Under the pieces are notes generated by a model that made no database searches, had not been told where the DNA came from, and was given only the letters and a program-made list of their open reading frames with translations. DNA of 64,000 bases from an uncultured Flavobacteriales bacterium (GTDB lineage: Bacteria > Bacteroidota > Bacteroidia > Flavobacteriales_D > Parvicellaceae), in assembly GCA_905480225.1 (NCBI GenBank), contig CAJQPO010000036.1, forward strand, positions 4,423 to 68,422. The letters are read 5' to 3'. Both the position numbers and the translations under genes were made by a program. Shown one piece after another: positions 40,813-49,726 of the stretch. Position 1 is the first letter of the stretch. The number at the start of each line of letters is the position of its first letter.

Positions 40813-40848
40813 AAAGCCCTTCTCAATTGAGTAGGGCTTTCTTTATTT
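40813..40848 (+). terminator. Rho-independent terminator (attenuator candidate) 9 nt upstream of ilvE
   Basis: AAAGCCCT(T)CTC-AATT-GAG(T)AGGGCTTT followed by CTTTATTT. No plus-strand gene lies upstream for it to terminate. Confidence 0.6.
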
Positions 40849-40857
40849 AAAAAATAA

Positions 40858-41754
40858 ATGACCATGTATTATCATCATCATTCAATTGCATTTTTAAATG
40901 GCAAATGGGTAAATGCCTCAACTGCTAATGCTGGATTGTTCAATCAAACAATGCATTATGGCAGTGGCGCATTTGAGGGAATCCGATCTTATTCAACACC
41001 AGACGGAGTTAGAATTTTTAAAGCCAAAGAACATTACCAAAGGTTGTTGTTTTCCGCTAAAAAAATGCACCTGTCGTTGAATTACACAGTAGATCAGCTA
41101 ACGGAATTAACATACAATCTATTAGATAAAAACCAATTACAAGATGCTTACATCCGGCCCCTAGTTTTTCTAGGAGAAAATATGAATCTTGCCAAAACAG
41201 ACGATGTAAATCTATTCTTATGTGCTTGGAAATGGGAGAAATATCTTGGGCACAAACTATTAAACGTAATGACTTCCTCTTATGAGCGTCCAAATCCTAA
41301 ATCTGTACCTGTTGATGCTAAAATTACGGGACACTATACTAATTCCATTCTTGCTTCAACAGAAGCCAAATCAAAAGGATTTGATGAAGCACTATTAACA
41401 GATATGAACGGAAATGTAGCAGAAGGGCCTGGAGCCAATTTTTTTTATGAAAAAGACGGCACTCTTTTTACTTGTCCAACAGGTAATATTTTACCTGGAA
41501 TTACAAGAGAGACGGTTTTTGAAATGGCAAAAGAGATGCAGGTGTCCGTTGAAGAAAAATGGTTTACACCGAAAGAAGTATATCAAGCAGATGGAGCGTT
41601 TTTTACAGGTACAGCTATTGAAATAACAGGAATTAGAGCATTAGACAACAATGGTTTTAACCTGGAATGGGAAGATACAATAGGCTACCAACTTGCTCGA
41701 CTATATAAGCACAAAGTAGCCAAAAATGAGTTTGCTCAATTTGACCTGGTATAA
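40858..41754 (+). CDS. ilvE: Branched-chain amino acid aminotransferase
   Basis: Fold-type IV aminotransferase features (GSGAFEGIRSY, YIRPLVFLG, PGITRETV). First gene of the ilv cluster. Confidence 0.9.
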   Translation: MTMYYHHHSIAFLNGKWVNASTANAGLFNQTMHYGSGAFEGIRSYSTPDGVRIFKAKEHYQRLLFSAKKMHLSLNYTVDQLTELTYNLLDKNQLQDAYIRPLVFLGENMNLAKTDDVNLFLCAWKWEKYLGHKLLNVMTSSYERPNPKSVPVDAKITGHYTNSILASTEAKSKGFDEALLTDMNGNVAEGPGANFFYEKDGTLFTCPTGNILPGITRETVFEMAKEMQVSVEEKWFTPKEVYQADGAFFTGTAIEITGIRALDNNGFNLEWEDTIGYQLARLYKHKVAKNEFAQFDLV

Positions 41755-41772
41755 TCGGTAATTAAAATTGAC

Positions 41773-43452
41773 ATGAAACACTTTAATAAATACAGTTCAA
41801 GGGTAACGCAAGATGAATCACAACCTGCTGCCCAAGCGATGTTGCATGCGTTAGGTCTTGATGATTCTGACTTCTCTAAGCCATTTGTAGGAATTGCCAG
41901 CACCGGATATGAAGGAAACCCTTGCAATATGCACTTAAATGACCTGGCAAAATCAGTCAAAAAGGGAACGCAAAATGCCCATCTAGTCGGTTTGATTTTT
42001 AATACTATTGGAGTTAGTGACGGAATATCAATGGGAACACCCGGCATGCGCTATTCTCTTCCATCTAGAGATGTTATTGCAGATTCTATGGAAACCGTAG
42101 TGGAAGGACTCAGTTATGATGCTTTAATTACTGTTGTGGGGTGTGACAAAAATATGCCTGGAGCATTAATGGCTATGCTCCGACTGAACCGACCGTCCAT
42201 CCTAGTTTATGGTGGAACGATTGCATCAGGGTGCCATGAGGGAAAAAAATTAAATATCGTGTCGGCCTTTGAGGCTTGGGGCGAAAAAGTGGCAGGAAAA
42301 ATCAGTGACGCTCAATATAAAAGTGTTAAGAAAAAAGCCTGCCCAGGAGCTGGAGCGTGTGGAGGAATGTATACAGCTAACACCATGGCATCTGCTATCG
42401 AAGCACTCGGAATGGCGCTGCCATTTAACTCTTCAAACCCAGCAGTTGGTGAGCTAAAAATAAAAGAATCTGAACGAGCAGGATTCGCAATTAAACACTT
42501 GCTTGAACACGATATAAAACCTTCTGATATTGTTAATCGAAAATCATTGGAAAATGCAATTCGATTAATTGCAGTGCTTGGAGGGTCTACCAATGCCGTA
42601 TTGCATTTTCTGGCAATCGCCAAAGCTGCTAATGTACCTTTTAGCCTAGCCGATTTTCAAAAGATTTCAGACGAAACGCCATTTCTTGCAGATCTCAAAC
42701 CAAGCGGGAAATACCTAATGGAAGACGTTCACGCCATAGGAGGAGTGCCAGCAGTATTAAAATACCTGCTAAATGCCGGTATGCTCCATGGAGATTGTCT
42801 AACGGTAACTGGCAAGACCTTAGCAGAGAATTTAGCAGAAGTTGAGAGCTTATCTCCAGGTCAAGAAATAATAAAGCCCATTGAAAAACCAATAAAGACA
42901 ACTGGCCATTTAAGGATATAGAAAGGCAATTTATCTCCGGCAGGTGCTGTTGCTAAAATAACGGGAAAAGAAGGCGTGAAATTTAGGGGGCCAGCTCGCG
43001 TATTTGACAGTGAACATGAAACAAATGCAGCAATTGCTAATGGAAAGGTAAAAAGAGGAGAAGTCATTGTAATTAGATATGAAGGCCCAACAGGAGGCCC
43101 CGGGATGCCTGAAATGTTAAAACCTACAGCCGCAATAATGGGCGCTGGACTCGGTAACGAAGTTGCCCTTATAACTGATGGTAGATTTTCGGGAGGAACT
43201 CATGGTTTTGTCGTTGGTCATGTTGCGCCAGAAGCTCAAAAAGGTGGACCAATTGCCCTTCTAAAAAATGGAGATATAATAAAAATTGATGCTGATAAAA
43301 ACACCTTGGAAGTCGAATTGTCAACCGAGGAACTTGCGTTAAGAAAACAGCTTTGGACAGCGCCTAAATTAAAAGTTGACCGAGGCGTTTTATACAAGTA
43401 TGCTAAAACAGTATCCTGTGCATCAGAAGGTTGTGTAACTGATAACTTTTAA
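41773..43452 (+). pseudogene. ilvD: Dihydroxy-acid dehydratase interrupted by one in-frame TAG (42919..42921)
   Basis: ORFs 41773..42921 and 42976..43452 share one frame (offset 1203 = 3 x 401). Read-through gives ...[35 protein letters not shown]..., colinear with IlvD. The total of 560 codons is the normal IlvD length. Confidence 0.8.
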
Positions 43453-43453
43453 A

Positions 43454-45187
43454 ATGGAAACACTATTAAAATCAGATCCCCTTAAGAAACTAAGTTCAAC
43501 TTCAGTTGTGAGCGGAGCCAAAGCAGTGGTAGAAACCCTAATAGCTGAGGGAGTTGATCTTATGTTTGGATATCCAGGAGGAGCCATAATGCCTGTATAT
43601 GATGCGCTATACGACTATCAAAGCGAGATAAACCATGTTTTGACACGGCATGAGCAAGGAGCAATTCATGCCGCGCAAGGCTATGCGCGAGCAACCGGCA
43701 ATGTAGGCGTTTGCCTGGCAACATCAGGACCGGGCGCAACCAATCTAATCACAGGCATCGCTGATGCCCAAATTGACTCGACTCCCATTGTATGTATTAC
43801 TGGCCAAGTCGCGAGTGCTCTTCTGGGCACAGATGCATTTCAAGAAACAGATGTAGTAGGTATATCCATGCCTGTAACCAAATGGAATTTTCAAGTGACG
43901 AAAGCGGCCGAAATTCCGGGAGCAATAGCGAAAGCTTTTTACATCGCCAAATCGGGGAGGCCTGGACCCGTATTAATTGACATAACAAAAGATGCCCAAT
44001 TTGAAACGTTTGAATTTCAATACAAACCGTTTAAATCCATGCGGAGTTATGTGCCAATATATAAACTAGACTTAAAAAGAATAGCAGAGGCAGCAAACCT
44101 GATCAATTCAGCTAAAAAGCCATTAGTAGTTTTTGGCCAGGGAGTTATTTTATCGGAAGCAGAAGAGGTATTTAAAACTTTTATAGAAAAAGCCGGTCTG
44201 CCATCGGCATGGACAATACTCGGACTGTCTGCATTAGAATCAGATCACCATTTAAATGTTGGTATGCTGGGAATGCATGGGAATTATGCCCCTAACAAAT
44301 TAACCAACGAATGTGATCTACTTATCGCAATCGGTATGCGATTTGACGACAGAGTGACTGGTAACTTAGACTTATATGCCAAGCAAGCTAAGGTCATTCA
44401 TATAGAAATTGATCCCTCAGAAATAGGAAAAAACGTACCTACTGACGTTGCTGTACTCGGCGACGCTAAACAAGTGCTTCATGAATTGCTTCCAAGAGTT
44501 GAAAAAAGAAATCATCAAGATTGGCTCAAAGAATTTCGCCGTTTAGAAAAGCTGGAAGTAGAAACAGTGATTAATAAGGAATTCTATCCTACTACAGAAA
44601 CCTTAACCATGGCGGAAGTTATTCACGGGATTAACCAAAAGTCTGAAGGAAAAGCAATCATAGTAAGCGATGTTGGTCAGCATCAAATGATTGCCTGCCG
44701 CTATAGCAAATTTTCAGAATCCCGATCCAATATTACATCTGGAGGGCTTGGCACTATGGGGTTTTGTTTACCTGCGGCATTGGGTGCAAAACTAGGACAA
44801 CCAAACAGAGAAGTAATTGCTGTAATTGGTGACGGAGGATTTCAAATGACTATCCAGGAATTAGGAACTATTTTTCAAACAGGTGCGAATATAAAAATTA
44901 TCATACTAAATAATGAGTTTTTAGGAATGGTTAGGCAGTGGCAAGAGCTCTTTTTCGATAAAAGATACGCATCTACCCAACTTGTAAATCCTGATTTTCA
45001 AACGATAGCAAAAGGATATCACCTGAAGTCAAAAAAAATACAAACCAGAGAGGAGCTCGCCAATGGTGTAGAAGAAATGCTTAATCATGACGGCAGCTAT
45101 TTACTGGAGGTAATGGTAGGCAAAGAAAATAATGTATTTCCAATGATACCAACTGGTGCAGCCGTATCAGATATAAGATTAAAATGA
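43454..45187 (+). CDS. ilvB: Acetolactate synthase large (catalytic) subunit
   Basis: ThDP-enzyme motifs GYPGGAIMPVYDAL and GDGGFQMTIQEL...NNEFLGMVRQWQ. 577 aa. Confidence 0.95.
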   Translation: METLLKSDPLKKLSSTSVVSGAKAVVETLIAEGVDLMFGYPGGAIMPVYDALYDYQSEINHVLTRHEQGAIHAAQGYARATGNVGVCLATSGPGATNLITGIADAQIDSTPIVCITGQVASALLGTDAFQETDVVGISMPVTKWNFQVTKAAEIPGAIAKAFYIAKSGRPGPVLIDITKDAQFETFEFQYKPFKSMRSYVPIYKLDLKRIAEAANLINSAKKPLVVFGQGVILSEAEEVFKTFIEKAGLPSAWTILGLSALESDHHLNVGMLGMHGNYAPNKLTNECDLLIAIGMRFDDRVTGNLDLYAKQAKVIHIEIDPSEIGKNVPTDVAVLGDAKQVLHELLPRVEKRNHQDWLKEFRRLEKLEVETVINKEFYPTTETLTMAEVIHGINQKSEGKAIIVSDVGQHQMIACRYSKFSESRSNITSGGLGTMGFCLPAALGAKLGQPNREVIAVIGDGGFQMTIQELGTIFQTGANIKIIILNNEFLGMVRQWQELFFDKRYASTQLVNPDFQTIAKGYHLKSKKIQTREELANGVEEMLNHDGSYLLEVMVGKENNVFPMIPTGAAVSDIRLK

Positions 45188-45726
45188 TAGAAAAAAGAAG
45201 ATATACCATTTCCGTTTTTACGGAAGACAGAGTTGGACTTTTGAATAGAGTAACTATCATTTTCACTAGGAGAAAAATTAATATCGATAGCATTACCGCA
45301 TCGGTTAGTGAAATAAAAGGTGTTCACCGGTATACAATTGTCGTTCAAGAATCAAAAGAATTGGTAAAGAAAGTGACCGCTCAAATTGAAAAGCAAGTAG
45401 AAGTGCTGAAAGCCTTTTTTCATGAAGATCAAGACATTATCCATCAAGAAATAGCACTGTACAAACTTCCTACACAATCCTTATTTCTGGGAGGGAAAGC
45501 AGAAGAAATTGTGCGTGAGCACCATGCGAGAATCCTTAGTATTGAAAGTGATTTCACAGTGGTAGAAAAAACAGGTCACCCATGCGAAACTACTGCCCTG
45601 TTTAATGCGCTGTCTCCTTATGGCATTTTAGAATTTGTTCGCTCAGGAAGCGTTGCAATTACAAAGCCAATGAAAACATTGGCAAATTATTTAGAAGAAC
45701 TAGAGAAAGAAATCGAATTAAATTAA
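45184..45726 (+). CDS. ilvN: Acetolactate synthase small (regulatory) subunit
   Basis: ACT domain (ISVFTEDRVGLLNRVTIIFTRRKINIDSIT). ATGA overlap with the ilvB stop. Confidence 0.9.
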   Translation: MIEKRRYTISVFTEDRVGLLNRVTIIFTRRKINIDSITASVSEIKGVHRYTIVVQESKELVKKVTAQIEKQVEVLKAFFHEDQDIIHQEIALYKLPTQSLFLGGKAEEIVREHHARILSIESDFTVVEKTGHPCETTALFNALSPYGILEFVRSGSVAITKPMKTLANYLEELEKEIELN

Positions 45727-45731
45727 AAATC

Positions 45732-46805
45732 ATGGCGAAATTAAATTTTGGCGGAGTAGAAGAAAACGTAATCACAAGAGCGGAATTTCCTTTAGAAAAA
45801 GCGCTTAAAGTATTAACTAATGAGACTATCGCAGTTCTCGGATATGGAGTTCAAGGTCCAGGTCAAGCATTGAATCTGAAAGACAATGGATTTAACGTAA
45901 TTATCGGGCAACGTAAAAACTCAAAATCCTGGGAAAAAGCAATAGCTGATGGCTGGATTCCGGGTGAAACACTTTTCGAATTGGCAGACGCTGTAAAGCA
46001 AGCGACGATCGTGCAGTATTTGCTTTCCGATGCTGGTCAAATCCAACAATGGGAAACAGTAAAAGCAAACCTCAACTCAGGAGACTTGTTGTATTTTTCT
46101 CATGGTTTTGGCATCACTTATCATGAAAAAACCGGAATCGTCCCTCCAAATAATGTAGACGTTGCTTTAGTCGCTCCAAAAGGATCTGGAACCTCATTGC
46201 GCCGATTATTTTTAGAAGGAAAAGGACTGAATTCCAGTATGGCTGTTTATCAAGATGCGACTGGTCGAGCTTGGGATCGAATTACTGCCCTCGGAATCGG
46301 GATTGGTTCGGGATATTTATTTGAAACTGATTTTAAGAAAGAAGTTTTTTCTGATTTAACGGGCGAAAGAGGAATCCTAATGGGTGCACTTGCAGGACTT
46401 TTCGAAGCTCAATACAACGTGTTACGCAAATATGGACATTCTCCATCGGAAGCATTTAATGAAACTGTAGAAGAATTAACACAAAGCCTGATGCCGTTAG
46501 TAGCGGAAAATGGTATGGACTGGATGTATGCAAATACTTCAACAACAGCACAACGCGGAGCACTTGACTGGAGACACAAATTTAGAGCGGCAACAACGCC
46601 TGTTTTTGAAGAACTTTATACCCGAGTTGCAAGTGGCTTGGAAGCCGAAGTCGTAATTACGGCGAATCAGAAACCAGACTACAGAGAAAAATTAGAAGCA
46701 GAGTTGAATGAAATTCAGAATTCCGAAATGTGGTTAGCAGGTAAAACAGTACGACAGTTGAGGCCAGAAAAAAACGAGGAAATACTTGAATCAACGTTGT
46801 TTTAA
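45732..46805 (+). CDS. ilvC: Ketol-acid reductoisomerase
   Basis: Rossmann motif LGYGVQGPGQALNLKDNG, plus the knotted C-terminal domain motifs (ERGILMGA, EELTQSL). Confidence 0.9.
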   Translation: MAKLNFGGVEENVITRAEFPLEKALKVLTNETIAVLGYGVQGPGQALNLKDNGFNVIIGQRKNSKSWEKAIADGWIPGETLFELADAVKQATIVQYLLSDAGQIQQWETVKANLNSGDLLYFSHGFGITYHEKTGIVPPNNVDVALVAPKGSGTSLRRLFLEGKGLNSSMAVYQDATGRAWDRITALGIGIGSGYLFETDFKKEVFSDLTGERGILMGALAGLFEAQYNVLRKYGHSPSEAFNETVEELTQSLMPLVAENGMDWMYANTSTTAQRGALDWRHKFRAATTPVFEELYTRVASGLEAEVVITANQKPDYREKLEAELNEIQNSEMWLAGKTVRQLRPEKNEEILESTLF

Positions 46806-46806
46806 G

Positions 46807-48060
46807 ATGCAGACAACAAAAGGAATAGAAATGTTAGATTTTGATGGAGCTGCGGCAACTCTTCAAGGAGTTGCCGTAACTACGCCTTTGATGACCAATA
46901 CAAATTGGTCTACCCGACTAAATTGTAATGTCTATTTTAAAAGAGAAGACCTACAAGTAGTGCGCTCTTATAAAATAAGAGGTGCGTTTAATAAAATCAG
47001 TTCTTTAACTTCAGCACAAAAAGAAGCCGGTGTAGTCTGCGCTAGTGCCGGAAATCATGCACAAGGAGTCGCTTATTCCTGCGCTCTTATGGATATTAAT
47101 GGTGTTATATTCATGCCTACAACTACTCCGAATCAAAAATTAGAACAAGTAAAAATGTTCGGCGGTAATGCAATTGAAATCCTATTACATGGAGACACTT
47201 TCGATGACGCGGCAGATGCAGCCTTAAACTACTGCCAATCCGAAGGCCTTTCATTTATTCATCCTTTTAACGATTGCAAAGTCATTGAAGGTCAAGGCAC
47301 GGTTGGCAAAGAAATACTTGCACAAAGCAAAAGGCCTTTGGATTATATCTTTGTTCCAGTTGGTGGTGGTGGACTAGCTGCTGGTGTTGCCAGCTACGTA
47401 AAAACACATTCTCCTAAAACAAAAATAATAGGTGTTGAGCCTGAGGGAGCGCCATCGCTACTGACGGCATTAAAATTTGGAAGTCCAGTAAAATTAGATC
47501 AGGTCGATAAATTCATAGATGGCGCCTCTGTTAAAGAAATTGGTAGTCTCAATTTTAATTATTGCCAAGCGCTTTTGGACGATGTTATAACGGTGCCAGA
47601 AGGAGCGGTTTGCACCACTATTCTTGAGCTATACAATAAGGATGCTATCGTAGTTGAACCAGCAGGCGCTTTAGCGCTAACTGGAGCATGTAATTATTGC
47701 CTTCCGAAAAATGCCGAAGTGGCCATTGTTCTTTCGGGAAGCAACAATGACATTACCCGAATGGAGGAAATCAAGGAACGGAGTTTACTGCACGAAAAAT
47801 TAAAACATTATTTTCTAGTCTCTTTTCCACAACGTTCTGGCGCATTAAAAGACTTTGTTAATGATGTACTTGGCCCTAATGATGATATCACCTTATTCGA
47901 ATATCAAAAAAAGCATAGCAGGGAAAAAGGTCCAGTAAAAATTGGCATTCAGCTCGCTCATAAATCTGAACTTCAATCTTTAAAACAAAGAATGAATAAA
48001 CTGGGCTTCAATCACGAATACATCAATAATCAGCCGGAGCACTTGTCCTATTTTGTGTAA
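46807..48060 (+). CDS. ilvA: Biosynthetic threonine ammonia-lyase
   Basis: The start is reassigned to the ATG at 46807, 1 nt after the ilvC stop. PLP-lysine motif YKIRGA, PVGGGGLAAG, and a single C-terminal ACT-like regulatory domain. Confidence 0.9.
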   Translation: MQTTKGIEMLDFDGAAATLQGVAVTTPLMTNTNWSTRLNCNVYFKREDLQVVRSYKIRGAFNKISSLTSAQKEAGVVCASAGNHAQGVAYSCALMDINGVIFMPTTTPNQKLEQVKMFGGNAIEILLHGDTFDDAADAALNYCQSEGLSFIHPFNDCKVIEGQGTVGKEILAQSKRPLDYIFVPVGGGGLAAGVASYVKTHSPKTKIIGVEPEGAPSLLTALKFGSPVKLDQVDKFIDGASVKEIGSLNFNYCQALLDDVITVPEGAVCTTILELYNKDAIVVEPAGALALTGACNYCLPKNAEVAIVLSGSNNDITRMEEIKERSLLHEKLKHYFLVSFPQRSGALKDFVNDVLGPNDDITLFEYQKKHSREKGPVKIGIQLAHKSELQSLKQRMNKLGFNHEYINNQPEHLSYFV

Positions 48061-48154
48061 GTCAAGCGTAGCCTATGGTTGACTTGAGCAAAATTGCGTG
48101 TCTTTCTTAAAACATGGTTGTTAAATCGGTCAGATTAAGTGCAAATATTCTCAA

Positions 48155-49642
48155 TTAAACTTGACCAATACTGTCTAATTTAAAGGTCGCCCATTCTTGA
48201 AAATCAAAGTAATCAAAAGGCCTGCCCTCAAATTGATCTCGCTTATATCGCATCATTTCTGTGTTAAGCTGTTTCAAATCAGCAACTTGCTGCGCAAAAT
48301 TCTCTGCTTTGTGGTGATTCAAAATGAAACGAATAAGTTCATCCTCTACTTGAAATAATCGTTGCTTCTTTTTCAAATAACTTAACGTGTTTTTAGCCAT
48401 ATAATCTATCGTGAAATCGTTTTTTAACTCATAGTGAATCAATAAGTTCAGTAATCGAACCGCTGAGAGTAGGTCAGCCCTCACTTTAAATTTTAAATCA
48501 TTTAAGATCAAATTTGTAAACCTCAATGCCTTGCGAAAGTCAAGGGAAATAAAAGAATGCTTAGCTACTAAAAAATAATATTCATAGAGCTGAGGTTTGC
48601 CAATGTGTCCCAGAAATCGTTTAAATTCCTTTTCTGAATTTGCAATTACTTCCCCCGATTCTTGAATCCTGTTTTGCTTCAAATAATTGGTTAGTCTAAT
48701 ATTTGTGGAATAAAAGAAAACCCTGGCTCCTATATTATCTGATGTAGGAATGCCATATTTCAATTTACAATCTTCTAAACGGTCAAGTACATTACTGGCA
48801 TCATCTAAACGACCAGAATTCTGATACGCATTGTGCAGATTATATAAAGAAGAAACATATCCGATTGTAGAATATTCAATTAAAAATGGGTTCGTTTCAT
48901 ACAACTGAGTCATTTGCTCGGTTAATGTCAGCGTTTTATTTTCATCTCCTATGAAATAGTAATAAGTCAAATGAAGTCCTAATTGATACATTTCAGCTCG
49001 CTTTGTTTTTGGATAGTTGGCCTCGTCTTTACCCTCTATTTGCAAAAATTGTTGTAACCTAAGCGTATCTTCCTCGGACCGTGATGTTCCAATTTCTAGC
49101 CGAGCAGCATATGAGTCAGTAGTGACTTTTTGGTATAAGTTGAAATTCGACATTTTCTGAACGAGCTCTTCAGCTACATCAATGGAATTAGATGCTTGCT
49201 GATATTCAAATTGCTTTGACATTAACTCCACTTCCAACTCATTAACTACGAGCTCTTGAACAAACAACTCGTTATCTTGGGAAATTTTTCGCGCTTTATT
49301 TGCGAGCTTCAGGGCTTGCCCATATAATCCCTTATGGAAAAGGATTTCCATACTCTTCAAATAACCATAAATTTTATTTTTTGCAGATGAGTCATCGTGA
49401 AATGCATTCAGACTTTTAAGAACTAGTCTGTATAAATAATTTTTTTCTGCCGATAAATTTTTAACGAATGTATTATTTTTGAGCTCACCATCGTTAAAAA
49501 CAGTTTGTGTCGAAATGGCATTAAACAATTGAATGTAATCGTTCGTCTCACCGATGACATGCTTAGAAGAATAGATTTTAAAATACCTTTTTTCTGACAT
49601 CGTCATTGAGTGAATCAAATCATACAAAGCTTCTTTTACCAT
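48155..49642 (-). CDS. All-helical (TPR-like) hypothetical protein, 495 aa
   Basis: No signal peptide or TM segment. Helix-rich, repeat-like composition, with a conserved-looking N-terminus (LYDLIHSMTMSEKRYFKIY). Divergent from the adhesin gene across an 84-bp gap. Confidence 0.6.
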   Translation of the reverse strand: MVKEALYDLIHSMTMSEKRYFKIYSSKHVIGETNDYIQLFNAISTQTVFNDGELKNNTFVKNLSAEKNYLYRLVLKSLNAFHDDSSAKNKIYGYLKSMEILFHKGLYGQALKLANKARKISQDNELFVQELVVNELEVELMSKQFEYQQASNSIDVAEELVQKMSNFNLYQKVTTDSYAARLEIGTSRSEEDTLRLQQFLQIEGKDEANYPKTKRAEMYQLGLHLTYYYFIGDENKTLTLTEQMTQLYETNPFLIEYSTIGYVSSLYNLHNAYQNSGRLDDASNVLDRLEDCKLKYGIPTSDNIGARVFFYSTNIRLTNYLKQNRIQESGEVIANSEKEFKRFLGHIGKPQLYEYYFLVAKHSFISLDFRKALRFTNLILNDLKFKVRADLLSAVRLLNLLIHYELKNDFTIDYMAKNTLSYLKKKQRLFQVEDELIRFILNHHKAENFAQQVADLKQLNTEMMRYKRDQFEGRPFDYFDFQEWATFKLDSIGQV

Positions 49643-49726
49643 AATTCAGACGTTTAATAATAAATATAAATAAATTTGACTTTAATTTTGAAAAATGACA
49701 ATTTTAACATAGCAACAACGGCTTAG

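Noticed and set aside
41773-43452. ilvD split interpreted as a frameshift or as two separate genes
   Set aside because: Both pieces are in the same frame, and the 54-nt gap translates into conserved IlvD sequence ([18 protein letters not shown]). The only lesion is one TAG codon, so the GTG start at 42976 is an ORF-caller artefact.
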